IMG/VR virus record: IMGVR_UViG_3300018080_000122
Span: 51,572 to 115,571 of that record
Reading direction: 5' to 3' (one strand)
Length of the DNA stretch: 64,000 nt
Source of the DNA: a virus
Shown piece by piece: positions 48,117 to 57,238 of the stretch. How positions within the stretch are numbered: the first letter of the stretch is position 1; each line of letters opens with the position of its first letter. Below the pieces are notes generated by a model. That model was not told where the DNA came from, did no database searches, and was given only the letters and a program-made list of their open reading frames with translations. A program made the position numbers and the translations under genes.

Positions 48117-50723
48117 TTACACCCCCTCAACGACGTTCTCACCGTCGAGCCTACGGAGATGGAAAATCACGAATTCAGCGGGGAGAGTGATAGCCACCCC
48201 GACCTCCACGTGGACATTCCCAAGGGTCTGTTCGGAGCGGGGGTTGTTCTCCTCATCAGACTTCACATAGTAAGCCTCTTCAGGAGACGCGCCAACCAAC
48301 GATCCTGCTTGCCACAAGCCAAACAGGAAAGTCGACACCCCAGTCTGGAGACGATCCCAAAGATCTTGATCATTGGGTTCGAAAGTGGCGAACGCCATTG
48401 CCTGCTCCAGAGACCTTCGGATATAGTCCAACGTCCTGCGCGTGCCGATGTAGGTAAGGTCGTCACGAACCGATTGCAGCGTCCGTGCACCCATAATCCT
48501 GATTCCACGGCCTTCTCTAGAGACCACCGCGTTGATGCCGTCGGGGTTCAGAATGTCGTGCTCGCCGTCAGTAATGTCATAGGTAAGACCTTGAACGTTG
48601 GTCAAAATCTCATTACCAGGCGCCTTGTGCACGCCCCTTTCCCTAGAGACCCTAGCCCACACACCGGCAGCGTAGGCGTCGAGCGGGAGTTCCAGAACTT
48701 GAGAAGCATTCTCAGGGTCAGTGGCCTTTGCCCACGGATAGTAAATCGCAGCCCTGTTGGTGTCGGCGTTCAGCTCAACGTTACGGAATTCCAGCGCTTC
48801 GTCAGGTTTGTCGTCTGCTAGAGGCGTATTGATCAGGCACTCCATTGCCAGAGCGCCGTCGTTTTCCTCAGTAAGAGCGATCATGGCCTGCTGAACTGCA
48901 ACAGCCGTGAAACCTGGCGCCACGAAGAAATTGACCGAGGGGTATTCCTTAAGGCGGTAGATACCCGTTCTTGGAACCACGTCCTGGCCAATCACATCCG
49001 TGCTGGTAGGTGCGGACCCGTCGTCGCCAAACTGGAAATACGTGGCAGCAGTAACTGGCATGGGCAAGCGCCAGTAAGTTGCCGAAGTTGCTGTATCGGC
49101 AGTCGCCACGACGAAATCAGACTCATTGGAGTCACCAGAAAGTCTGTCCATGAAATAATTGGGAGACGTGCTCTCCATAGACAGGTTTTCAACAGTGTCC
49201 ACGATCTGCGTGCCTTCCCACACCTTCAGAATCCACTCCGTGGAAGCAACCACGGCGCTCGAAGCGATGGTGGTGGTAAGGGTGACAGGATCGAACCTGA
49301 CAATATTGGCGTTGATACTCGTGACCACAACACTGGTGGACGTGGTGCCATCGTCAATGATCAGTCGCTGGCCCACTTGAACAGCCCTAGCACTACTCAG
49401 CGTGATGGAAGAATCTCCATTCGCCAGAGATGTAGTGCTCTTCGTGCTGACCAAATTAGACGAACTGGTCATGACGTCAGCTGCAGTGGAAATGGACGTA
49501 GCCAGCGTCACAGGCTGGAACCCCAGCGTCTTGTTGGTGGTAGAGATCGACGTCACGAATCTGGTGATCGACCGCACACCATCACTGATATAAATCAAGT
49601 CTCCCAACTTGAACGGGGTCACGTCTGCCACACTAATCGTGCTGTCGTTGTCATCCAGCGCTGCCGTAGACGTAGTCGAAGCCCTCGCCGTGGTGTAGTA
49701 CATTCCGTTGCCGTAAGCGCCTTTGTAAAGCACTTCCAGCGTGAGTGCAGGCACACCAAGAAGGTCGGTGACATTTGCCCTGGCAGGCACAGCTCCAGCA
49801 CTGCCTGTGAGCAGAGTAGACGCCAAAGTGGTCATGACTCCCACACCAGTAGATCCAGTGGCGTGAGCAGCCGTGATGAGCATGGCAGCAGTCGGGTCAG
49901 AAGACACCAGAGTAACGACGTCACTGGCAGTAGAAGTTACTGCAGGGTCGATACCACCAACCAGCGGAGTGGAGCCAACTGCCGTGCACACGCCAGCGTC
50001 AGGTGTAGACGCCGTCACTAAGGCTGCAGCTGCCGACTTGTACGCTGGGTTGGTTGGGGTCATGATGGCGTCAACCACTTCAACACAGGTGGACACGAGC
50101 GTAGAAGTGCCGTCCGTCTCCAAGCTGACAGTGATCGCCGTTCCAACCACAGAAATGGACAAAGCCTGAGAAGCGGCCCCAGGGTCCACCAACGTCACGG
50201 TAATGCTATTACCGCCCGATCCAACAGACGTGGCAGTCCAAACAATGGAGTCCGTGCCTCCAGATCCAGTTGTAACGGTTGCCGCCGTTCCAGCGTCTGT
50301 CGCCAAGTCGACAACCATCTCCGACCCGTTGAAGCGCAGGGCGAGGCTTGCACTGGGACCGGGGTTGTTCAACTTGAGATAGCAAGGCCCCTCATAAACA
50401 GTAGCCCAATCGATGGCGTTGTTGGCCACGACCGTGCCGGTTTGAAGGGCGCCGCTTGCTCCAGGCTGGACCACACGGAAGACCCGAAGTCTGCTGCCAC
50501 CTTGCTCAAAATATGCTTTTGCTGCATAGGTAGCGTAGTTGCCCTGATAGTACGATCCGTAGTATTGGACGTACTGAGAAAAAGAAGTGATGATTGGAGA
50601 CAGAGCGTCAGGTCCCCTCTCCGTCACTCCAATGAGACCACACTCCGAAACCCCAACACCTTCAACAGCAGGCTGGCCAGGTTCCTCAATGAAGTATAGC
50701 CCAGGGCGAAGTAATTCAACCAT
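48117..50723 (-). CDS. contractile tail sheath protein with large insertions
   Basis: RPGLYFIE, GVTERGP, AAIYYPW, RGVHKAPGN, LNPDGIN, GARTL, FEPND..LW, PAEFVIF. Confidence 0.95.
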   Translation of the reverse strand: MVELLRPGLYFIEEPGQPAVEGVGVSECGLIGVTERGPDALSPIITSFSQYVQYYGSYYQGNYATYAAKAYFEQGGSRLRVFRVVQPGASGALQTGTVVANNAIDWATVYEGPCYLKLNNPGPSASLALRFNGSEMVVDLATDAGTAATVTTGSGGTDSIVWTATSVGSGGNSITVTLVDPGAASQALSISVVGTAITVSLETDGTSTLVSTCVEVVDAIMTPTNPAYKSAAAALVTASTPDAGVCTAVGSTPLVGGIDPAVTSTASDVVTLVSSDPTAAMLITAAHATGSTGVGVMTTLASTLLTGSAGAVPARANVTDLLGVPALTLEVLYKGAYGNGMYYTTARASTTSTAALDDNDSTISVADVTPFKLGDLIYISDGVRSITRFVTSISTTNKTLGFQPVTLATSISTAADVMTSSSNLVSTKSTTSLANGDSSITLSSARAVQVGQRLIIDDGTTSTSVVVTSINANIVRFDPVTLTTTIASSAVVASTEWILKVWEGTQIVDTVENLSMESTSPNYFMDRLSGDSNESDFVVATADTATSATYWRLPMPVTAATYFQFGDDGSAPTSTDVIGQDVVPRTGIYRLKEYPSVNFFVAPGFTAVAVQQAMIALTEENDGALAMECLINTPLADDKPDEALEFRNVELNADTNRAAIYYPWAKATDPENASQVLELPLDAYAAGVWARVSRERGVHKAPGNEILTNVQGLTYDITDGEHDILNPDGINAVVSREGRGIRIMGARTLQSVRDDLTYIGTRRTLDYIRRSLEQAMAFATFEPNDQDLWDRLQTGVSTFLFGLWQAGSLVGASPEEAYYVKSDEENNPRSEQTLGNVHVEVGVAITLPAEFVIFHLRRLDGENVVEGV

Positions 50724-50742
50724 AACTCTAGCTCCTTACCTG

Positions 50743-50937
50743 TTACCCGAGCAACCTTACCTTTTTGATTTTCAGCAGGCGCATCACTTCAGGCGCCGCG
50801 AGTTCGTCAGCTGTCAGATCCCTAGACTTGGAACCTTTGTACCCGCGAGCACGAAGGTGGATGTCCTTCAGGTTGCCTTGGGCATCCGCGCCCAGGTTGA
50901 TGACTAGGGGCTGACGGGTGATGTTTTCTATTTTCAT
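50743..50937 (-). CDS. small protein upstream of the sheath gene
   Basis: 64 aa, MKIENITRQPLVINL. Confidence 0.6.
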   Translation of the reverse strand: MKIENITRQPLVINLGADAQGNLKDIHLRARGYKGSKSRDLTADELAAPEVMRLLKIKKVRLLG

Positions 50938-50943
50938 ATCCAG

Positions 50944-52170
50944 TTACCCCTGTACCTCCACGATACCGAGCCTAGTAGAAAGTGTCCCGTAACCACCAAG
51001 AACATTCTCGGTCAGAGGCACTTCCTCGTAGCCTGCGAAGTCTGTGTAATCCCAACCGACCAGGGTGACAGACACCAGTCTTTCGTGCATGCTATCCGAT
51101 ATTCTATCAGAATTAGTTATCGGAGTCACAGAACGTATTACTAGAAATCTACCAGAACCGAGGGCGCGGAAAGTGGCGTCACGAAGAATGGCCACCTTCA
51201 CGGCGTCAGCAATCCTAGTAGTTATTTTTCTTCTAGCTGAAGCGCACCGCAGCATCACGGTTATTTCCTGTCTGGCAGGAGACCACCGCTTGCGCGCCAC
51301 CTTCTTAGCTAGATTGACTTCAAACAGCTTTGGTCGCTTGAATCTCAGATCCTCAGACAACGAAATGTTTTCAATATAGATATTAGGGATTTTGGCCTCT
51401 TCGTACTCAGGCTCCCCACTCAATTTTACGGGCGGTTTGCCTTCACCAAGAACATACAGCTCCGTCCCCGACGCCACCGCAGATGTGAGTGTGATCGTAC
51501 TTCCTGACAAGCCAGAAAAAAGATTTGTCTGCAGGTCAGGATCTGAAACCACATCGTACACCCCAGTCACACTGCTGATCGTTGGCAGGCTGGAGGGCAC
51601 GGGAACTTCAGTAGTTCCATTGGCCAATATCTTATCCCTAACGGGTACAGAAATTCTGCTGTCCAGGATATATTTAATGGTCCGTTCCACGTCCTCCTCA
51701 AACCCGTAATGGGTCGAGTTGCTGCACATCTCTACAAGGAACGCCAAACGATACACCATCGGAGTCTCATCGCCTACAGGTTGGAGGCGCATCCTTACAG
51801 CCACAGTCGGGCTATACCCAACAGGGAACAAGCCTATATTCTCTTCGACTTCGGTGAAAGTTGACCAACGTGCTGAGTCGACAGACCAAGCGGCACCGTC
51901 CCAAGATAGGAAATCGGAGCCGTTGGCAGAGATCTGAAAATCCACGCCACCAGTCAAGGAATCTGCGCGGGAACAAATGAAACCGAAGAAATTTTCCAAC
52001 AGGTTTACGTTCACCCACTCAGATTGGAAAATTTCTTCGGTCAAGGTTCCCTGGGGGTGATATATACCAGAGGAATCCAATCTACGGAGAACGGCGCAAC
52101 CATTCTTCAGGACTGCACCGTTCTCGCCGTATGTAAAATCACGTCTAGAAAGGAACTCCACCTGGGGCAT
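50944..52170 (-). CDS. tail terminator/neck protein with extra N-terminal domain
   Basis: Position; C-terminal E...IPNIYIE...ED.R terminator-like half. Confidence 0.55.
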   Translation of the reverse strand: MPQVEFLSRRDFTYGENGAVLKNGCAVLRRLDSSGIYHPQGTLTEEIFQSEWVNVNLLENFFGFICSRADSLTGGVDFQISANGSDFLSWDGAAWSVDSARWSTFTEVEENIGLFPVGYSPTVAVRMRLQPVGDETPMVYRLAFLVEMCSNSTHYGFEEDVERTIKYILDSRISVPVRDKILANGTTEVPVPSSLPTISSVTGVYDVVSDPDLQTNLFSGLSGSTITLTSAVASGTELYVLGEGKPPVKLSGEPEYEEAKIPNIYIENISLSEDLRFKRPKLFEVNLAKKVARKRWSPARQEITVMLRCASARRKITTRIADAVKVAILRDATFRALGSGRFLVIRSVTPITNSDRISDSMHERLVSVTLVGWDYTDFAGYEEVPLTENVLGGYGTLSTRLGIVEVQG

Positions 52171-52187
52171 ATCGAATCCCCGCCAAA

Positions 52188-52646
52188 TTAGGCCACCGTC
52201 GGGACCGCAACAGGGAACGAGCGGACAAATTTGCTCGTAGAATCCTGCAGAGTAATGGTCAGGTTGATGACCCTGCTAGCCGTGCAGCCGGTAAGACCAG
52301 TAAGGTCAAACGTGGCGTTCGTGTCCGTGTGTCCCGAAGCTTCAGCTTGGTACGGACCAGTCGTAGCCGGGCCAACTTCCAGATAAACCTTCGTGTTGTC
52401 AGTCCCGAAATTCACGCCCGTGATCACCAGAGCGGCGGGCGGCGTGCCCACACTGACGGACTGGGCTTGAACTTCGTGGATGACGGGAGCAGTAGTGCCT
52501 TGTTCCAGAGCCTCGAAGGCCGTCAGAAGCAGTTTACGCTCAGCGTCAAGCTCGTCTCTGACGGACCAGTCAATAGCCCTGGTTCCAGGCGCGTAGTAAA
52601 CAGAGTTAGCAACATCCTGTGCAGTTTTGTCAAGACGATCCGCCAT
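52188..52646 (-). CDS. IPT/TIG-like Ig-domain virion protein
   Basis: PVIHEV...LVITGVNFG....VY. Confidence 0.55.
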   Translation of the reverse strand: MADRLDKTAQDVANSVYYAPGTRAIDWSVRDELDAERKLLLTAFEALEQGTTAPVIHEVQAQSVSVGTPPAALVITGVNFGTDNTKVYLEVGPATTGPYQAEASGHTDTNATFDLTGLTGCTASRVINLTITLQDSTSKFVRSFPVAVPTVA

Positions 52647-52658
52647 GACGTCCTCCTT

Positions 52659-53000
52659 CTAGCGGGAACCTAGTGCCAAAATCTCAACTACCGCAGGTCC
52701 TGTGGTCGTGACCTCTACCTGTAAAAACTGGATAGGGTCCTCCACGCCAAACGGTATGATCTCATTCGCCAGCAGGGTCACATTCTTAGCTGTGGAGAGC
52801 GGAAAGAAATACGAATCCTGCGGCGCTATCTGGGTTATAAGCGTGTACATAATAGTCAGTACGACCTGCTGATCAGCTTTGATCAGAATCATCTTCTGAT
52901 TCCAGCCATTGACCGTGAATGTCTTTGACCTGGTCGTACTAGCGCCAGAGATGTTCAGGTAATCACGGTCAATCTCGTCTGTGCTGAATGACGTGCTCAT
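52659..53000 (-). CDS. hypothetical beta-sandwich protein
   Basis: 113-aa ORF in the neck cluster. Confidence 0.5.
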   Translation of the reverse strand: MSTSFSTDEIDRDYLNISGASTTRSKTFTVNGWNQKMILIKADQQVVLTIMYTLITQIAPQDSYFFPLSTAKNVTLLANEIIPFGVEDPIQFLQVEVTTTGPAVVEILALGSR

Positions 53001-53006
53001 GGGCGC

Positions 53007-53618
53007 TTATCCTACTATGTTCGTAACCCACTTTATGTTTTTATTTTTAGACATCTGACTTACTAATACCTTAAAAAACAGAGGAATGTAAGTAGCAAAT
53101 GTCTGCATCAAATGTGCGTCAATCGTCGGCTTCAAGAAAGGCCTCGGAGGGACGTGCCAGCTGCCTGATCTGCCGCGCCCACGTTGTCTTCCAGGACCTC
53201 CCCGACCAGATCTGCGGCCACCCCTGCGCCTAGCCCCATGCTCATGAATATTAGCAAGCTGCGCCAAAGAAAGCCGGGCGGTCGGGTGCATTTTCCCTGG
53301 GCGGAGGCCGACGCGCCACACAACGTTTCTACCGCTACCCGTCTGCCAAGCGGATATGCCCCATAATAACGTTCGTGAATCTTGAAGGATTGCGCCGTGG
53401 CCCTTCAAACGAATCGGCATCACATGGATGGGCCACTTGACTCCTGCAGAACCGCCTCTAGTGACGATAGTTCTACGAATCTGTTTTACCATTGCCATGG
53501 CGTGCCGGGCCAGCACAGGTTGTGCCGCATTAACAGCTGCTGCCTCCACCTTCACGGGATCGGAGAACCCCGCAAATATGTGAGACGGCCCAGAGAAGTC
53601 TAGCTTGACACGCATCAT
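53007..53618 (-). CDS. tail completion / virion morphogenesis protein (Mu gpG, HK97 gp10-like)
   Basis: L.DSRTL...I, ANIHEHG...PPRPFLKP; ATGA overlap at 53615-53618. Confidence 0.75.
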   Translation of the reverse strand: MMRVKLDFSGPSHIFAGFSDPVKVEAAAVNAAQPVLARHAMAMVKQIRRTIVTRGGSAGVKWPIHVMPIRLKGHGAILQDSRTLLWGISAWQTGSGRNVVWRVGLRPGKMHPTARLSLAQLANIHEHGARRRGGRRSGRGGPGRQRGRGRSGSWHVPPRPFLKPTIDAHLMQTFATYIPLFFKVLVSQMSKNKNIKWVTNIVG

Positions 53619-54028
53619 GGCAAAAGCCCACGCAGCTTCACATCTTGTCTGACAAAACATTTTTTGAAAAGGTACGTCCCTCGAAGTGGAGATATCGGAC
53701 GGACCTCTTCAATACGAAACACATGGTCGTCTGTCTGGTCAAAGATAGAAATCTTTACCACCGCGTCACCGACATTTGGGTGGAATCCCTCGGTGTCGAG
53801 ATCTTCAATTTTGAAGAGTATGTGCCCTTGCACCAAATCTTGGTCGCCAGTGTAGCCAGTATCCTGCCTCTCCCAACGACCCTTCCAGAAATTTGGTTGA
53901 CCAGAAAGCACAACAGCGTCTCCGAATTGGTCGTCCCCGCTACGTTCATCGTAGTCTGGGTCCATCACCGCTTGCGACAGCGGGCGCACATGAACCTCAA
54001 CTGGATTCCAACGCAGCGGGAAACCCAT
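53615..54028 (-). CDS. head closure (stopper) protein
   Basis: Position; DPDY.E...GD......FRIEEVRP pattern. Confidence 0.6.
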   Translation of the reverse strand: MGFPLRWNPVEVHVRPLSQAVMDPDYDERSGDDQFGDAVVLSGQPNFWKGRWERQDTGYTGDQDLVQGHILFKIEDLDTEGFHPNVGDAVVKISIFDQTDDHVFRIEEVRPISPLRGTYLFKKCFVRQDVKLRGLLP

Positions 54029-54324
54029 TATCCACTCTTAGTCGTTTTGATGGTGCCGCTAGAAATTGCGTTCAGCGCAGCTTTCATCTCGTTTATGAGA
54101 TCCACCATATCTTGGATGTCCGCCTGCGTATAAATACCCGCAGCCGCAGGCGCGTCCGGGCTCGTAATCACAGCGGGGGTAAGTGTGGCCAGGTCATCGG
54201 CCACGTCACGCATTGCCTTAGTTCCACGAATCAGAGGCGCTTTACCCGCGCCAGCATCCCCTTCACCGGAGGCAGCGTGCGTATTCCATTTCTGGCCGTC
54301 GCAGAAATGCCTGTCAATCTCCAT
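54028..54324 (-). CDS. small head fibre/decoration-like protein
   Basis: AGGAGG SD and ATG 54324; DA.A...YTQADIQ.MV.L.NE.KA.LNA motif. Confidence 0.55.
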   Translation of the reverse strand: MEIDRHFCDGQKWNTHAASGEGDAGAGKAPLIRGTKAMRDVADDLATLTPAVITSPDAPAAAGIYTQADIQDMVDLINEMKAALNAISSGTIKTTKSG

Positions 54325-54334
54325 CTCAGTCCTC

Positions 54335-55300
54335 CTAGACGAATTCCACTCCCGGCGGAATAACAAAGTTGGCTAAAATACGATCCACCTCTGCGTCACC
54401 AGTGGTGAAATCAGAGTCGGAAGTGTCGCCACCAGCAGGAGACGACAATTCGTATTCATAGTCTTCAGTGCGTTCACGAATCAACTTCTTTGTAGCGGCG
54501 CCAGAGATACTGCCGCTGGTGCTCGCAGTATCGTCATTGATATACTTCGCCGCCAACAAAGCGTTGGCTCTCCTGATAAGTGGAGGCACTACACCAAAAG
54601 ACAGCACTTGCGCTCCAGCTGCGATGGTGCTGGGGAGGTAATCTCCCATTGGATCTACTGTGAGCACATTGGTGGTTTGATCGGCAGCCACCACGAAAAG
54701 AGGGATAGCTTCTGCTACAGGTGATCCTATAACTACAGAACTGCCTGCCCTGACGCCGTGCGCAGAAACAACTTCCAACGTAGCAGTGTCGTTCCTGAAT
54801 TCAATGGCCGTTGTCGTGGAATACGGCACTACTGCATTGTAACTGTCCACGGTCGGGGCAGCGTTCACGTAGCCGAAATACCCTTGGACTTCTACGGACC
54901 CTGCGCGTCTTGGGAATTGAGAAACACTCTCGAAATAATCACAATCCCAGCGCACGTCCACCCATGCCCACCCCGGCATATTCACTTTCATGCGAAGTAT
55001 TCTACGGCCAGACTCTATGAAGTAGTTATCCAAAGCCTGGGACGAAGAATCAGGAGAAAGCATGAGACTACTTATTTTGAGTATAGGAGCGACACCAGGA
55101 AAATGGAGCATTGAATCCCCTTTTCCCGACACACGCATAGATAGACCTATTGCCTGAAACCACTGTCCAGTGATACGGTTGATGGTCGCTGCTGCCATCC
55201 GAATGTACATAAGCACAGATTCATCAGACAACGCGCTGAAACTCCCCAACGACCTGACCTTCTGGATAGAAGTATATGCAAAAGGCTTATCTACGTCCAC
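54335..55300 (-). CDS. head-tail adaptor with inserted beta-barrel
   Basis: AYTS...VR...I..A...I.RITGQ.F, FP.....VEV.G.FGY, VPPLIRRA, TGD.EVD.IL..F. Confidence 0.75.
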   Translation of the reverse strand: MDVDKPFAYTSIQKVRSLGSFSALSDESVLMYIRMAAATINRITGQWFQAIGLSMRVSGKGDSMLHFPGVAPILKISSLMLSPDSSSQALDNYFIESGRRILRMKVNMPGWAWVDVRWDCDYFESVSQFPRRAGSVEVQGYFGYVNAAPTVDSYNAVVPYSTTTAIEFRNDTATLEVVSAHGVRAGSSVVIGSPVAEAIPLFVVAADQTTNVLTVDPMGDYLPSTIAAGAQVLSFGVVPPLIRRANALLAAKYINDDTASTSGSISGAATKKLIRERTEDYEYELSSPAGGDTSDSDFTTGDAEVDRILANFVIPPGVEFV

Positions 55301-55730
55301 GCTTACGTGGTCTCCTAGTGCTTATAGTGGGAGGTTTGGGGTCGTCCTCTTCCTCTTCTTCATCTGAAGGATCTTCAGACTCTTCGGGCGTCTCGTCGAC
55401 CTCTACAACCTCTTCCTCTTTAACTTCTACATCTGCTTCTTCAGGTTCGGCCTCTTCAACTTTCTCAGGCTCGACCTTTTTGACTTCTGCTTTTGGTGCT
55501 TTCGTGACTTTGGCTTTGGGAGCGGCCTTTTTCTTCGGCTTCTCCTCTGCCTCGGTCTGCGCCTTCGCAACCTTCAGCTGCGAGTCCATGGCGACAACGT
55601 CGTCAGACGCTACAAAAACTTTGACATCCCTACCATCAACTACCTCGGTAGGCTTCGCGGCGTCAAAGCAGTAGATTCTGCCGCTTGCGCCTTTCAAGCA
55701 GATCGTTCCCTGCTTGGCTTTAAATTTCAC
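55287..55730 (-). CDS. hypothetical protein with low-complexity Lys/Glu tail
   Basis: AGGAGG SD and GTG start; directly after the MCP gene. Confidence 0.65.
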   Translation of the reverse strand: MKFKAKQGTICLKGASGRIYCFDAAKPTEVVDGRDVKVFVASDDVVAMDSQLKVAKAQTEAEEKPKKKAAPKAKVTKAPKAEVKKVEPEKVEEAEPEEADVEVKEEEVVEVDETPEESEDPSDEEEEEDDPKPPTISTRRPRKRGRR

Positions 55731-55753
55731 ACCTAACCTCCTACAAAAGTGCC

Positions 55754-55811
55754 CACGCGCTACATGGGAGCAGGAGCGGCCAAGGACAAACCGCTCCCGA
55801 TCCTAGCACGC
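55754..55811 (-). terminator. long imperfect stem-loop after the major capsid gene
   Basis: Core arms GGAGCGG (55773-55779) and CCGCTCC (55791-55797), extendable with G-U pairs; short U-run follows on the minus strand. Confidence 0.5.
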
Positions 55812-55818
55812 TACGATC

Positions 55819-57201
55819 TTAGTAGAGACGCTTGCGGCGGATATTCTTGACTTTCACCACAGCGTCAAGGTTTTCAATGGCCACTGCAAGGAAGTTGTAG
55901 GTGGTCACGACCACCGTATCCGTCTCTTCGTCGTAACGAGTGTACATCCGAGTACCTTGTGCTTCAGGCACGTTCTGTGGGGAGCCGACTCTAGGAACGG
56001 TGAGGATACCGAAGATGAGATTCTTCGGGTTGGTGAGGAGCATATACGAGCCCTCGTTGAGCGTCCCACCGGTAGGAGCGGCGCCACCAGTAGTGGTGCC
56101 AGCGATGAAGCCAAGGGTGTCGTTGATGTTCGACGTGGCGTCCGGGCCAATGAAGACACTGGAAGACGCACCCGTGCTTGCCGACTGCAGATAGAGCCTA
56201 CCATCACCAAACGTGCTGCAGATACCAAGACCGAGGATACCCCCAGGAGGGGCACCAGAAGCCGTGATGGCGTCGTTGATCAGCTTGATCATCTCGACGG
56301 TCTGGTAAGTGCCTTGCGGGAAGGTGATAGTGATAGGCCCACCACCAGCACCATCAAAGTTCAGCACGAGGGTGTCGTTGACACCAGTGTGCACCTCAAA
56401 CGGCCCCTGGCGGTTTCCAATGATCTGCGCCGGGGTCGCCGTTCCCGAGACCGTAAGCGCCAAGTCATCAGGAATGAGGGGAACTTCGAGCAGCGGAATG
56501 CCATAGGGTTTGACAGGGGTGCCGCGAAGAGCGCCAACACCAATCTCACCGCCACGGTCAGACAGCATGGAGAGCCAGTCGTCCGCGATGTTCTGGGAAC
56601 ACATGAAGCGGAGACCACGGTCACGACGGAAATCTTTGGGCAAGCGAGATTTTGCTTCAGCGAAGATTTCCTTACGGATGGTGTCACCACTGACGTCGAG
56701 GACATGGCCACTTTCAGACAGCTTGGCCCAACCATCAAGGCGCCTGAGCAGCCTGCCGTCGGGGGTGTTGATCGGGGTAAACGTGGTGTCGCCATTGAGC
56801 GAGAGATGCTCCATGTCGATACCGATACGCTGAGACATCCTGCGGATCACAGTATTTTGGAACTGTGGTCCCTCGATGTTCGCAATAAGCGTTTCCACCG
56901 AGTAGGGGAGTCTCGACCTGATCTTCGTCGCGGTAAGCGTGGTCTTGGTGAAGGCCACATCCGCGTCGTACGTGCTACCTACGGCTTCAGACGCGCTTTC
57001 GGTAATAGGCTCACCGAAGTATAATTTGTCTATCTCCATAGTGAACCTGGACATACGAATGAACCTGGCTGCACGGAGTAACGTTGCTTCGCCACCACGA
57101 ACGTACGTAATGAACTGGTCCTGTTGCTCCGGTTGCAGCTGGCCCGCAGTGAAGAACGAGTTCGTTGTAAGCATTTTCTGCAGAACTTCTCGATGATCCA
57201 T
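55819..57201 (-). CDS. major capsid protein (HK97 fold) with ~130-aa insertion
   Basis: GQLQPEQ.DQFI, NIEG..F, D.E.L..NGD, DGW.K, YGIPL.EVPL.P, LLTNPKNLIFGI, AVVKV.N; GGAGG SD before ATG 57201. Confidence 0.9.
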   Translation of the reverse strand: MDHREVLQKMLTTNSFFTAGQLQPEQQDQFITYVRGGEATLLRAARFIRMSRFTMEIDKLYFGEPITESASEAVGSTYDADVAFTKTTLTATKIRSRLPYSVETLIANIEGPQFQNTVIRRMSQRIGIDMEHLSLNGDTTFTPINTPDGRLLRRLDGWAKLSESGHVLDVSGDTIRKEIFAEAKSRLPKDFRRDRGLRFMCSQNIADDWLSMLSDRGGEIGVGALRGTPVKPYGIPLLEVPLIPDDLALTVSGTATPAQIIGNRQGPFEVHTGVNDTLVLNFDGAGGGPITITFPQGTYQTVEMIKLINDAITASGAPPGGILGLGICSTFGDGRLYLQSASTGASSSVFIGPDATSNINDTLGFIAGTTTGGAAPTGGTLNEGSYMLLTNPKNLIFGILTVPRVGSPQNVPEAQGTRMYTRYDEETDTVVVTTYNFLAVAIENLDAVVKVKNIRRKRLY

Positions 57202-57238
57202 GACATATCCTCCCATGGACTCTGTTACCGATTTCGAG

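Noticed and set aside
56060-56450. Intein or intron in the capsid gene
   Set aside because: No His-Asn C-terminal splice motif, no homing endonuclease motif, and the frame is uninterrupted.
55957-57024. 355-aa + strand ORF and other long antisense ORFs (12588..13376, 32654..33385, 57200..57934)
   Set aside because: They are shadows of well-supported minus-strand genes, with no motifs and atypical composition.
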